A stretch of 64,000 nucleotides of DNA from an uncultured delta proteobacterium (lineage in GTDB: Bacteria; Desulfobacterota; Desulfobacteria; Desulfobacterales; JAHEIW01), in the NCBI GenBank assembly GCA_963706575.1, contig CAVPNL010000015.1, positions 96,001-160,000 on the forward strand, read 5' to 3'. Every line of letters starts with the position of its first letter. Within the stretch, counting starts at the first letter, position 1. The notes beneath the pieces are model-generated. The model did no database searches and was not told where the DNA came from. It saw nothing but the letters and a program-made list of their open reading frames with translations. Made by a program: the position numbers and the translations under genes. This document shows positions 55,928-64,000 of this stretch, in pieces.

Positions 55928-57475
55928 ATGAGCGAAGAAAACGCACAGGAAAAGCAACACTGGATTGTTTATCCGCTTGGCAGTAAACCCAAGTGGCCGC
56001 TGGCGGTATTGCTGGGCATTCAGCAATACCTGACCATGTTTGGTGCCACGGTCCTCATCCCCTTCATTGTCGGCGGGGCCATGAAACTGCCCCCGGAAGA
56101 GCTGGCATTGATGATTTCAACCATCTTTTTTACGTCCGGTCTGTGCACCCTGATCCAGCAATCAGCTCTGGGCAATAAATTACCGGTTATTCAGGGTGGT
56201 ACCTTTTCGTTTCTGGGGCCCACATTTGCCATCATCGGCATGGTGGCCGCCAAGAAACTGACCGGGGCGGAACCCATGTGGCAAATTCAGATCCAGCATG
56301 TGGCCGGTGCAATTATGATCGCCTCGGTGTTTGAAATTGTCCTGGGATATACCGGCGTCATGGGCTATGTGCGCAAAATTATCAGCCCCATTGTAATCGG
56401 CCCCGTAATCGCCATGATCGGTCTGGCACTCTACGGCATTGGTGCGCCCTGGATGGCCAGCAATTGGATCATATCACTGATAACGCTGGTTGCCCTGATT
56501 CTTTACTCCCAGGTATTTTCGCAAAAATCGAAAGTTTTTATGCTCTTTCCGGTTTTGCTTGCCATCGCAACCGGCTGGCTTGTATCGCTGATCGGCACGG
56601 TAACCGGAATGATTTCTCCTGACAGTCCGGCCTATCTGAAAACCGATCTGATTGCAGCCACCCCCTGGTTCAGCCTGAAACCGCTGGTGCCGTTTAAATG
56701 GGGTTTTCCGGATCTCGGCAGTGCAACCCTGTGGGCCGGTGCATTCGGCATGCTGGCCGGTTATCTGGCCTCCATGATCGAGTCCATCGGAGATTACTAT
56801 GCCTGTGCCCGCATATCCGAGGCGCCGGTGCCGACCGGTCGCATGATCTCCCGCGGCCTGGGGGCTGAAGGCCTGGGTTGTCTGGTGGCCGGTATCCTGC
56901 AAACCTGCAACGGGACCACCACCTATTCCGAAAATATCGGTTCTATCGGGTTGACGCGCGTCGCCAGCCGACGGGTGGTGCGCTGCGGTGCAGCGGTTAT
57001 GCTGATTATTCCCATTGTGGCCAAGTTCGGTGCTGTTCTGGCTACTTTGCCCAAACCGGTGACGGGCGCCATGTTCGTGGGACTGTTCGGAATGATTGCC
57101 TCCGTTGGTTTATCCAACCTGCAGATTGTCAACCTGAACAACTCCCGCAACCTGTTTATTATTGGACTTTCTTTCTTTGCGGGACTTTCTGTGCCCTATC
57201 ATTTCAGCCCGATGCTTTCGGCAAACGCGGTGCCGATTGACTGGAGCGCAGCCGGTGGCTTTATTAAGGTGCTCGGCGATATCCTGCAGGCCATCTTAAC
57301 GACCGGAATGGCGGTGACCGCCATCCTTGGAATAATCCTGGACAACCTCCTGCCCGGTGCCACCCGGGCGGAACGCGGCCTGGAAGTCTGGGAAAAGGAA
57401 GCTTCCGAAGAAGCATGGGCGGAAGCTGAAGCCCAATGGGCCGCGATGAAGGAAGGTGAAGCGCGACCGGTTTAA
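55928..57475 (+). CDS. NCS2 uracil/xanthine permease
   Basis: QQYLTMFG, ESIGD, TTTYSENIGSIGLTRVASR. Confidence 0.92.
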   Translation: MSEENAQEKQHWIVYPLGSKPKWPLAVLLGIQQYLTMFGATVLIPFIVGGAMKLPPEELALMISTIFFTSGLCTLIQQSALGNKLPVIQGGTFSFLGPTFAIIGMVAAKKLTGAEPMWQIQIQHVAGAIMIASVFEIVLGYTGVMGYVRKIISPIVIGPVIAMIGLALYGIGAPWMASNWIISLITLVALILYSQVFSQKSKVFMLFPVLLAIATGWLVSLIGTVTGMISPDSPAYLKTDLIAATPWFSLKPLVPFKWGFPDLGSATLWAGAFGMLAGYLASMIESIGDYYACARISEAPVPTGRMISRGLGAEGLGCLVAGILQTCNGTTTYSENIGSIGLTRVASRRVVRCGAAVMLIIPIVAKFGAVLATLPKPVTGAMFVGLFGMIASVGLSNLQIVNLNNSRNLFIIGLSFFAGLSVPYHFSPMLSANAVPIDWSAAGGFIKVLGDILQAILTTGMAVTAILGIILDNLLPGATRAERGLEVWEKEASEEAWAEAEAQWAAMKEGEARPV

Positions 57476-57567
57476 TACAGGTTGCTTGTTCATCTTATAA
57501 TTTTAAATGGGGGAAAGCGCATCGCGGCTTTTCCCCATTTTTACATTTTTCAAAGGACAGCCAAACG

Positions 57568-57948
57568 TTGCCGAAACCGCTGCTTTACATCATTTATGTT
57601 CTGATGATCATCATCGGGCTGGTGGCCATGTATTCGTTGCTGAATGCGGGCAACCCGGACAGCCTGCTGCGGCCGATTTTCCCGGACCCCAAATATGATC
57701 TGTATGTGGCCATGATCTCCTCGGTCGTGGTTTTTATTCTGGGGTTTTTTGTTTTCTTTTCGCGGGATCAGGAAAGCTTTCGGCAGCTGGTGGAACTGAA
57801 TGCTGAAAAAATAAGGGGGCTGCGCGAGGCCGGTAAAAAGGATGAAGAGATTGCCGATTCCATCCTCGCGGCCATGGGCAGCTATAGTGGATACAAGCAT
57901 AACATGGCCAGAAAGAAGTTGTTGATATATTTATCCGAGTTCAGATAA
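57568..57948 (+). CDS. Hypothetical membrane protein
   Basis: Two hydrophobic segments; RBS aagga. Confidence 0.7.
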   Translation: MPKPLLYIIYVLMIIIGLVAMYSLLNAGNPDSLLRPIFPDPKYDLYVAMISSVVVFILGFFVFFSRDQESFRQLVELNAEKIRGLREAGKKDEEIADSILAAMGSYSGYKHNMARKKLLIYLSEFR

Positions 57949-57958
57949 CAAAAGAAAG

Positions 57959-58090
57959 TGCCTAAAGTTTAAATTGCCTAAAATGCCTAGAATTCGGAAA
58001 GGGTCAAACCTAATTTAAGCATGAAGAGCACGCAAGATTCAGATCTCCTTCTGTTGATCCAATTTTAGGCATTTTAGATCATTTTAAATT
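57959..58090. repeat. Tandem/inverted tgcctaaa repeat
   Basis: tgcctaaagt...tgcctaaaatgcctagaatt and ttttaggcattttagatcatttta. Confidence 0.55.
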
Positions 58091-58165
58091 TTTACCTCAA
58101 AGGCTACCAACAAACATTCCCGTAATCTGCATCTAAAAACGGACGCAAGGAGGGATTCCGCCATA

Positions 58166-58615
58166 ATGGATTTTTTAGGTGAACAGCAGTGGATTCTTAT
58201 TGCGGTCGTCTTTTTCGGGATCATCGGCTATATTGCCTGGATGCGCTGGCGCGACCGTAAGTGGATCGACGAGCGTTTCGGCAGCCGGCCGATTCTGGCC
58301 ATGAGCTTCGGGGTGAACTTTTTCGGAAAGGCCTCGGAGCCGGGCAAACCCAGCCGCAGCAGCGGCTTCTTGCTGTTGCTCTCCGATGCGCTGTTTTACC
58401 GTAGCCGGGTTAAGAAAATTGAACTGGAGATTCCGGGGACCAGCATCGCACGGGTTTATCACGACCGATCCCACAAAGGTGTGGACCTGCATCAATCGCT
58501 GGTTAAAATCGATTTTTTAAACGACCACAACCAGAAAGACACCGCGGCATTTAAAGTCCCCTACCCGCCCCAATGGATGCAGGCAATTGAAAACGCATTC
58601 CTCAAAAAGAAGTAA
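58166..58615 (+). CDS. Hypothetical membrane-anchored protein
   Basis: N-terminal TM helix; RBS aggaggg. Confidence 0.75.
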   Translation: MDFLGEQQWILIAVVFFGIIGYIAWMRWRDRKWIDERFGSRPILAMSFGVNFFGKASEPGKPSRSSGFLLLLSDALFYRSRVKKIELEIPGTSIARVYHDRSHKGVDLHQSLVKIDFLNDHNQKDTAAFKVPYPPQWMQAIENAFLKKK

Positions 58616-58758
58616 AGATTTAAAGGTCAGGGTTGAAATTAGCCTCAAATTTTTGCGCCCGACCAGGTCCTTAATCCCGCCAAAAGATCAGTTCCGGTTG
58701 ACATCTTATTTTTCATTTTTAGGTTTAGTTAAATGATCATTTAAAAAAGGAGAATATC

Positions 58759-59076
58759 ATGGATGTCAAAGACTACTGTGAAACGATGAACAGCGAACTG
58801 GCCGCCTGGAAATCAAAGCTGAATGAAGTATCTAAAAAAACGGATGCTTTAAAGGGAGCGGACAGGGAAAACGCTGCGCCGATTGTAAAAGATCTGAAGG
58901 TCATAATGGGCGACATCGATGAGCGCATCGCAGTGCTGGCACGTGAATGTCCGTCTGAATGGAGCGATGATCAAAGCATTATCGATTCAAAAATATTCCT
59001 GGCAAAGGACAAATGGAAGGAAGTCTGGGGGGCACTGGGCGAGGATGATTCCGAATACGGCATCGGCGGCGCCTAA
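58759..59076 (+). CDS. Hypothetical protein
   Basis: RBS aaggag; MDVKDYC...WKSK...ECPSEW helical protein. Confidence 0.8.
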   Translation: MDVKDYCETMNSELAAWKSKLNEVSKKTDALKGADRENAAPIVKDLKVIMGDIDERIAVLARECPSEWSDDQSIIDSKIFLAKDKWKEVWGALGEDDSEYGIGGA

Positions 59077-59220
59077 AACTGATTTCAAAATCCCGTCTAA
59101 TGTCCGAATTCTGTGTTGAATGCCGCCTCAAAATACTCACATACTATTGTGTATGCTCCGTTATTGAGTATGCCTACGCATTGCCTTCGAATATAATCTG
59201 GGGCTTTGAAACCAGTTTTA
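59074..59220 (-). repeat. Hairpin repeat with gagcatac-N-gtatgtgag core
   Basis: TIRs taaaactgatttcaaa / tttgaaaccagtttta starting at the TAA stop. Confidence 0.75.
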
Positions 59221-59304
59221 CAATACTAGAAAAATTGCTCATTTCCAAATAGGATTGCTTAAATCCGAACTTCGCTTTATCAATTTAATTCAGTCCGTAT
59301 TCAA

Positions 59305-60795
59305 CTATTTTGTTTTTTTCTTTTCTGCAGGCATAAGCAGGCAGAGCAGAATGCAGAAGCCGGCAGCCACTGTCACCGTCCAAAAAACACCGCCGACGCC
59401 TCCCATAACTGCGTCTTGAACCATATGGCGCAGCGCATCGGGCATTGTTGCCTGAGCCTCCGGGTGCAGCAGGCTCTCTACCTGGCCGGGTAAATGACGC
59501 ATCAGGTCGGAGTTGCGCACCGATTCAAACAGGTTGGAGAATCGGGCTGCAATAAAGCTGCCGCATATGCCCACCCCCACAGCTCCCCCCAGAGTTCTGG
59601 CGAACTGGTTCGAAGAGGTGGCCACCCCCAGGTCTTTTTCATCCAGACATGATTGGACCACCAGAAGCGTGGAAAGTGCCACCCATCCCATTCCGATGCC
59701 GATCACGAAAAAATTGAAAAAAACATAATAAGTTGAGGTCGCCGGTGTAAAGGTCAAGGTCACGGCGCACCCCGCCATAAGGCACAAAGCTCCCGCCACG
59801 GCGGTTCCTTTGCGCCCCACCCGGTCGATAAATTGTCCCAGGACCAGGGCACCCAGGGACCATCCCAGGCTAAGCGAGAGCATGCTAACGCCCACTACCA
59901 TAGGAGATCGGCCTTGAGCTCCCTGTATAAATAGGGGAGCAAAGGCAAACATGGAAAAAATGACAAAACTGCTGAGAAATACCGCGGCGTTAGCGGTGCT
60001 AAATCCGCGTATGCGAAAAAAAGCGATGGACAGGATCGGATCTTTTGCTCGATGTTCAATCGCAATAAATGCGATGATGCAGGCCAGCGAAAGGATCAGC
60101 AGGCCAATGATCAGCGAGGAACTCCAGGCATAATTCCTTCCTCCCAGCAAAAAGGCGAACAGTAAAGCCAGGACAGCAGTAGACAGGCTGGCTACGCCGG
60201 CGAAGTCCATGGAAACCTTATCTTTTTTGGCCCGCACATCCAGAAGATAAGCCCCGATGCCCCAGAAGGAAATCAAGCCCAGGGGAATGTTGATAAAAAA
60301 TATCCAGCGCCACGAAAAATAGGAAACGATAAACCCACCCAATGTGGGTCCAAGAACGCTGGCAATACCCCATACTGAGCTGGCAAACGAAAGGGTGCGT
60401 CCCCGGCTCTGGGGCGGCGATACGTCCGCCAGGACGACATAAACCAGCGCAAAAATCGCTCCGGCGCCGATACCCTGAAACGCACGGGCAATGATCAATG
60501 CGATCATGTTAAAAGCGAAACCGGCAGCCACAGAAGACAAGATAAATAATCCGATTGCTGCAAGGAAGAGGCTTCGGTTTTTGTATAGATCGGCCAGTTT
60601 GCCAAAAATAGGAAGAGACACGGCTCTGGCAAGAAAATAGGACGAATACACCCAGCTGTACAGGTGCAGCCCGCCCAGTTCAGCCACGACCGTGGGCATG
60701 GCCGCAGACACCACCAGGGCATCCATGGCACCCAGAAAAAGAGCCAAAAGTGCCGCAATAATAACGGCCCAGCGCTGCGTTGGAGAAATCGTCAA
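59305..60795 (-). CDS. MFS transporter (DHA2, 14-TM)
   Basis: AMDALVVSAAMPTV, GKLADLY, ARAFQGIG, GPTLGG, WRWIFFINIP. Confidence 0.9.
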   Translation of the reverse strand: MTISPTQRWAVIIAALLALFLGAMDALVVSAAMPTVVAELGGLHLYSWVYSSYFLARAVSLPIFGKLADLYKNRSLFLAAIGLFILSSVAAGFAFNMIALIIARAFQGIGAGAIFALVYVVLADVSPPQSRGRTLSFASSVWGIASVLGPTLGGFIVSYFSWRWIFFINIPLGLISFWGIGAYLLDVRAKKDKVSMDFAGVASLSTAVLALLFAFLLGGRNYAWSSSLIIGLLILSLACIIAFIAIEHRAKDPILSIAFFRIRGFSTANAAVFLSSFVIFSMFAFAPLFIQGAQGRSPMVVGVSMLSLSLGWSLGALVLGQFIDRVGRKGTAVAGALCLMAGCAVTLTFTPATSTYYVFFNFFVIGIGMGWVALSTLLVVQSCLDEKDLGVATSSNQFARTLGGAVGVGICGSFIAARFSNLFESVRNSDLMRHLPGQVESLLHPEAQATMPDALRHMVQDAVMGGVGGVFWTVTVAAGFCILLCLLMPAEKKKTK

Positions 60796-61008
60796 AACCG
60801 GTTATCCTTACCACAAAAAATTGCTTATTTTCATAATGTTTCTCATTTAGCCGGCATCTTGCAAGGTCAGAGGCAATAATACAAGATACCCAACCGACCT
60901 TTAGGGCGTTAGATCATGTTCGAGGGCATTTTAAAAACTAAACTCGTTTCAAAACACTTAGGTTTTGGTTCAGGGCTCCCGCAAGGCGCAATAATAAATT
61001 GAAAACAT

Positions 61009-61156
61009 TAAACCGGCTTTTAAGGCCTTAGATTTTGTTCGAGGGTAAGGCGCGAGCCGATTCAAAAGCGGAGCGTACACGTGAGTACGTGAGCATTTTG
61101 AAGCGGCTTGCAACGCAGCCATTCGGGCAAAAGATGAGGCCTTAAAAGCCGGTTTA
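61009..61156 (+). repeat. Hairpin repeat with gagcgtac-N-gtacgtgag core
   Basis: TIRs taaaccggcttttaaggcct / aggccttaaaagccggttta, ending at the Lrp stop codon. Confidence 0.8.
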
Positions 61157-61639
61157 GGGGAGGGCCGTGCCCCAATCGTACCGCCGCTTAATATACTTAA
61201 GGATTAAGGATGTCTCGGTTCGAACGACGCCGTTTATTTTGTATATTTTATTAAAGATTACATCATTGAGCTCATCTAAAGACTTGGCCACAAACTCGGT
61301 GTAAATGTCCGAATCTCCCGTGGCATGAACGACAAACCAGATCGATTTGAGTTTCGACAATTCCTTTGTAACGCTCTCAATTTTGTTGATATCAACCTTA
61401 ATCCTGAGAATGCCGACAATCTTAAAACCCAGCTTTATCGGATTGCTGACCGCCACGATCTGAATGAATTCTTCTTCAATCAGGCGGTTTAACCGGCTGC
61501 GTACCGTCGCCTCCGACACCCCCAGCCTCTTGGCAATTTCGGTATTGGGTATGCGACCGTCCTTTTGCAACAGCTCGATCATCTGACAATCTATCTGATC
61601 CAGCATTTTCTTTTTATTGGATGAATTATTCCGCTTCAT
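61154..61639 (-). CDS. Lrp/AsnC family regulator
   Basis: LQKDGRIPNTEIAKRLGVSEATVRSRLNRL, TGDSD, GVVRTET; RBS ggagg. Confidence 0.93.
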   Translation of the reverse strand: MKRNNSSNKKKMLDQIDCQMIELLQKDGRIPNTEIAKRLGVSEATVRSRLNRLIEEEFIQIVAVSNPIKLGFKIVGILRIKVDINKIESVTKELSKLKSIWFVVHATGDSDIYTEFVAKSLDELNDVIFNKIYKINGVVRTETSLILKYIKRRYDWGTALP

Positions 61640-62174
61640 GGTTCCTCCAATTATGGAATGACGAATAGCTAGTTTCCATCCGGTCCGCCACAAGCGGATT
61701 TCCGGGGAACTAAAGCATAGCGCATGGCGCATGGAACAAAGCAGCATAGCGTTTTGAATAAAACGATGCGATGTATTTTTTTTCGCTCTGCGCCCTGCGC
61801 TTACCCCTTTGCGATTAAGTATGTTTCGAGGGAGACTCTACCATTGCAAAATAAAAAAAACAACAATTATTTGTTTGATAACGTTATATGTGGAACACAA
61901 ATTGATTTAATTCGTTTTTTTTTAACATTTAATTTTTATTTTTCGCAGAAAGATAAAAATTAATTCTTGACAACAAAATAGGATTTGCCTAAAGTTGCTT
62001 AAAATTGATATTGAATCAAAAACCGTTTACCCTTTCAGGGTTCAGGGTTAAGTTCGCAATCAAGATGACCCGGCTCGGCTGCCTTCGACATGAGCTCAGG
62101 CCGCAGGCTAAACGTTTAACTCTGAAAATATAAATGATCACTGAGTATAAGAAATCAGCAAAGGAGGATGCGAT

Positions 62175-63629
62175 ATGTCACTGCCATTAATGAAAAATTA
62201 CATCAACGGTGAATGGGTGGAATCCAACTCTAAAACGATGGGGGATGTATGGAACCCGGCCCAGGGAGAAAAAATCGCCCAGGTCGCCTACGGAACCAGC
62301 GAAGACGTTGATAAGGCCGTCAAAGCCGCCAAAGATGCTTACTGGGAATGGCGCACCACGCCGCCGCTGACGCGTGCCCGTTATTTGTTCAGGCTCAAAG
62401 ATGCCTTTGAGGAAAATTTCGAGGATATCGCCCGGGTTCTGACCACCGAGCAGGGTAAGTGCATCGACGAAGCGCGCGGCGAAGTCCGGCGCATGATCGA
62501 AAATGTTGAGCATGCCACCGGTGTCACCACACTGATGACCGGCTATACGCTGGAAGACATCGCCAAAGACATCGATTGCATGGGCCATCGCCAGCCGCTG
62601 GGCGTTTTCGCAGCCATTGTTCCGTATAACTTCCCGGGAATGGTGGCCTGGTGGTTTTTGCCATATGCCATTGTCTGCGGCAACACTTTTATTGTCAAGC
62701 CATCCGAACAGGTTCCCATGACCCAGACCAAAATCTTTGAGATCATCGATGAGGTCGGTTTCCCCGAAGGCGTTGTCAACATGGTCCACGGCTCCCGCGA
62801 CGTCGTCAATGGGTTGCTGGATCATCCGGACATTGAAGGCATCTCTTTTGTGGGATCCACACCCACGGCAAAATATATCTACCAGCGCTGCGGTGCAACC
62901 GGCAAACGGGTTCAGGCGCTGGGCGGAGCCAAAAACATCGTGGCGGTCATGCCGGATGCCGAACTGGAAGCGTCCATGCCCTCCATGATCACTTCGTTTT
63001 ACGGATGTACGGGGCAGCGCTGTCTGTCCGGATCGGTGCTGGTGCCGGTGGGAGACGTTGCCGACGAGCTGGTTGAAAAATTTACATCTGCGGCCAAGGT
63101 GATGAAAGTCGGCAGCGGCCTGGATGAACAGTCCGGTATGGGACCCCTGGCAACAGCAGCCCATAAAGAAAAAGTATTGGGCTACATCGAAAAAGGTATC
63201 GAAGAAGGCGCGGATCTGGTTATGGACGGGCGCGATTTTAAAGTCGCTGAATATCCGAACGGGTTTTTTGTTGGACCGACACTCTTTGACAATGTCAAAC
63301 CCGATATGACCATCGCCAAAGAAGAAATCTTCGGCCCGGTGGTCAGTGTAGTGCGCGCCAAAGATCTGGATGAGGTCATCAACCTGATCAACACGCGCGG
63401 TTTTGCCAACGCGGCCTGTATTTACACCAACGATGGAGCCACCGCCCGCGAATTCAAATACCGCGTCATACCGAGCATGGTGGGCATCAATATCGGTATC
63501 GCTGCTCCGATGAGCTTTTTCCCGTTTGGTGGTTCCGGAAATTCGATGTTTGGCGACACCAAAGCGCACGGACAGGAGATCTTTAACTTTTTTACGGATA
63601 CCAAAGTCGTCATACAACGCTGGTTCTAA
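62175..63629 (+). CDS. mmsA: CoA-acylating (methyl)malonate-semialdehyde dehydrogenase
   Basis: PYNFP, KPSEQVP, SFVGST, GKRVQALGGAKN, GQRC, EEIFGP, FPFGG. Confidence 0.9.
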   Translation: MSLPLMKNYINGEWVESNSKTMGDVWNPAQGEKIAQVAYGTSEDVDKAVKAAKDAYWEWRTTPPLTRARYLFRLKDAFEENFEDIARVLTTEQGKCIDEARGEVRRMIENVEHATGVTTLMTGYTLEDIAKDIDCMGHRQPLGVFAAIVPYNFPGMVAWWFLPYAIVCGNTFIVKPSEQVPMTQTKIFEIIDEVGFPEGVVNMVHGSRDVVNGLLDHPDIEGISFVGSTPTAKYIYQRCGATGKRVQALGGAKNIVAVMPDAELEASMPSMITSFYGCTGQRCLSGSVLVPVGDVADELVEKFTSAAKVMKVGSGLDEQSGMGPLATAAHKEKVLGYIEKGIEEGADLVMDGRDFKVAEYPNGFFVGPTLFDNVKPDMTIAKEEIFGPVVSVVRAKDLDEVINLINTRGFANAACIYTNDGATAREFKYRVIPSMVGINIGIAAPMSFFPFGGSGNSMFGDTKAHGQEIFNFFTDTKVVIQRWF

Positions 63630-63771
63630 ATTGGTTTTAAAAACTCATCTAACGCCCGCTGGCCGCGTTGCGAACCGGTCCGAAATACTCACGTACTATC
63701 GTGTAGGCTCCGTTTCCGAACCGGTTCGCGCCTTACCATCGGACATGATTTAAGCTTTTAAAACCAATTTA
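63627..63771 (-). repeat. Hairpin repeat with gagcctac-N-gtacgtgag core
   Basis: TIRs taaattggttttaaaa / ttttaaaaccaattta starting at the TAA stop. Confidence 0.8.
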
Positions 63772-63797
63772 ACTATTTTTTTTAAGGAGAGGAAATC

Positions 63798-64000
63798 ATG
63801 CCTCTGGAGAATTTTGGAAGTATACTCAATTTTGCGGAAGAGCTGGAGCTGCAGGATCTGGGGTTTTACAAAACCGTGGCGGAGAATCCGGCCTGCGCCG
63901 ATCATAAGCAACTGTTTAAAGAATTTGCAGCGGCCATCGACAAAAATGTCAAAACCGTGCAGCGAACCCGCCGCGAAAATGTGACCGAAATGATTCTGGA
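63798..64000 (+). CDS. Ferritin/rubrerythrin-like protein, 3'-partial
   Basis: RBS aaggag; MPLENFGSILNFAEELE...FY; frame open to the window end. Confidence 0.6.
   Translation, partial: MPLENFGSILNFAEELELQDLGFYKTVAENPACADHKQLFKEFAAAIDKNVKTVQRTRRENVTEMIL

Noticed and set aside
14042..59307. Other TAG-terminated genes (livG, mtbC, DAO, MBL, pydC, preT, MFS) as hidden Pyl proteins
   Set aside because: Each protein is already full-length for its family and I saw no conserved domain continuing past the TAG
62187..63617. 476-aa antisense ORF
   Set aside because: Shadow of mmsA on the opposite strand, with no recognisable motifs

Overview
A 64-kb catabolic region from an anaerobic bacterium. The protein style and intergenic repeats suggest Desulfobacterota/deltaproteobacteria, but that is inference. 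The centrepiece is a ~19.5-kb co-oriented locus (7438-26923) behind a sigma54-type promoter with three enhancer-like palindromes. It holds an AOR module, a Liv-type ABC transporter, a GabT-like aminotransferase, an MtbB-family methyltransferase with an in-frame amber (pyrrolysine) codon, its corrinoid protein, a second AOR, and a complete bacterial pyrrolysine cassette (pylT-pylSc-pylB-pylC-pylD-pylSn). This gene set suggests an undescribed Pyl-dependent route that demethylates, transaminates and oxidises an N-methylated amine. Also present: a non-Pyl MttB; an AT-rich GntR/opine-dehydrogenase islet bounded by IS-like ends; a sulfatase/phosphatase/FadL operon; a third AOR cluster with an enolase-superfamily enzyme; reductive pyrimidine degradation genes with a RAYT/REP element; and several MITE/palindromic repeat families. 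Three clear +1 frameshifts (M20 gene, mtbB, mtbC) and one probable one may be sequencing errors. No CRISPR array or rRNA was seen.
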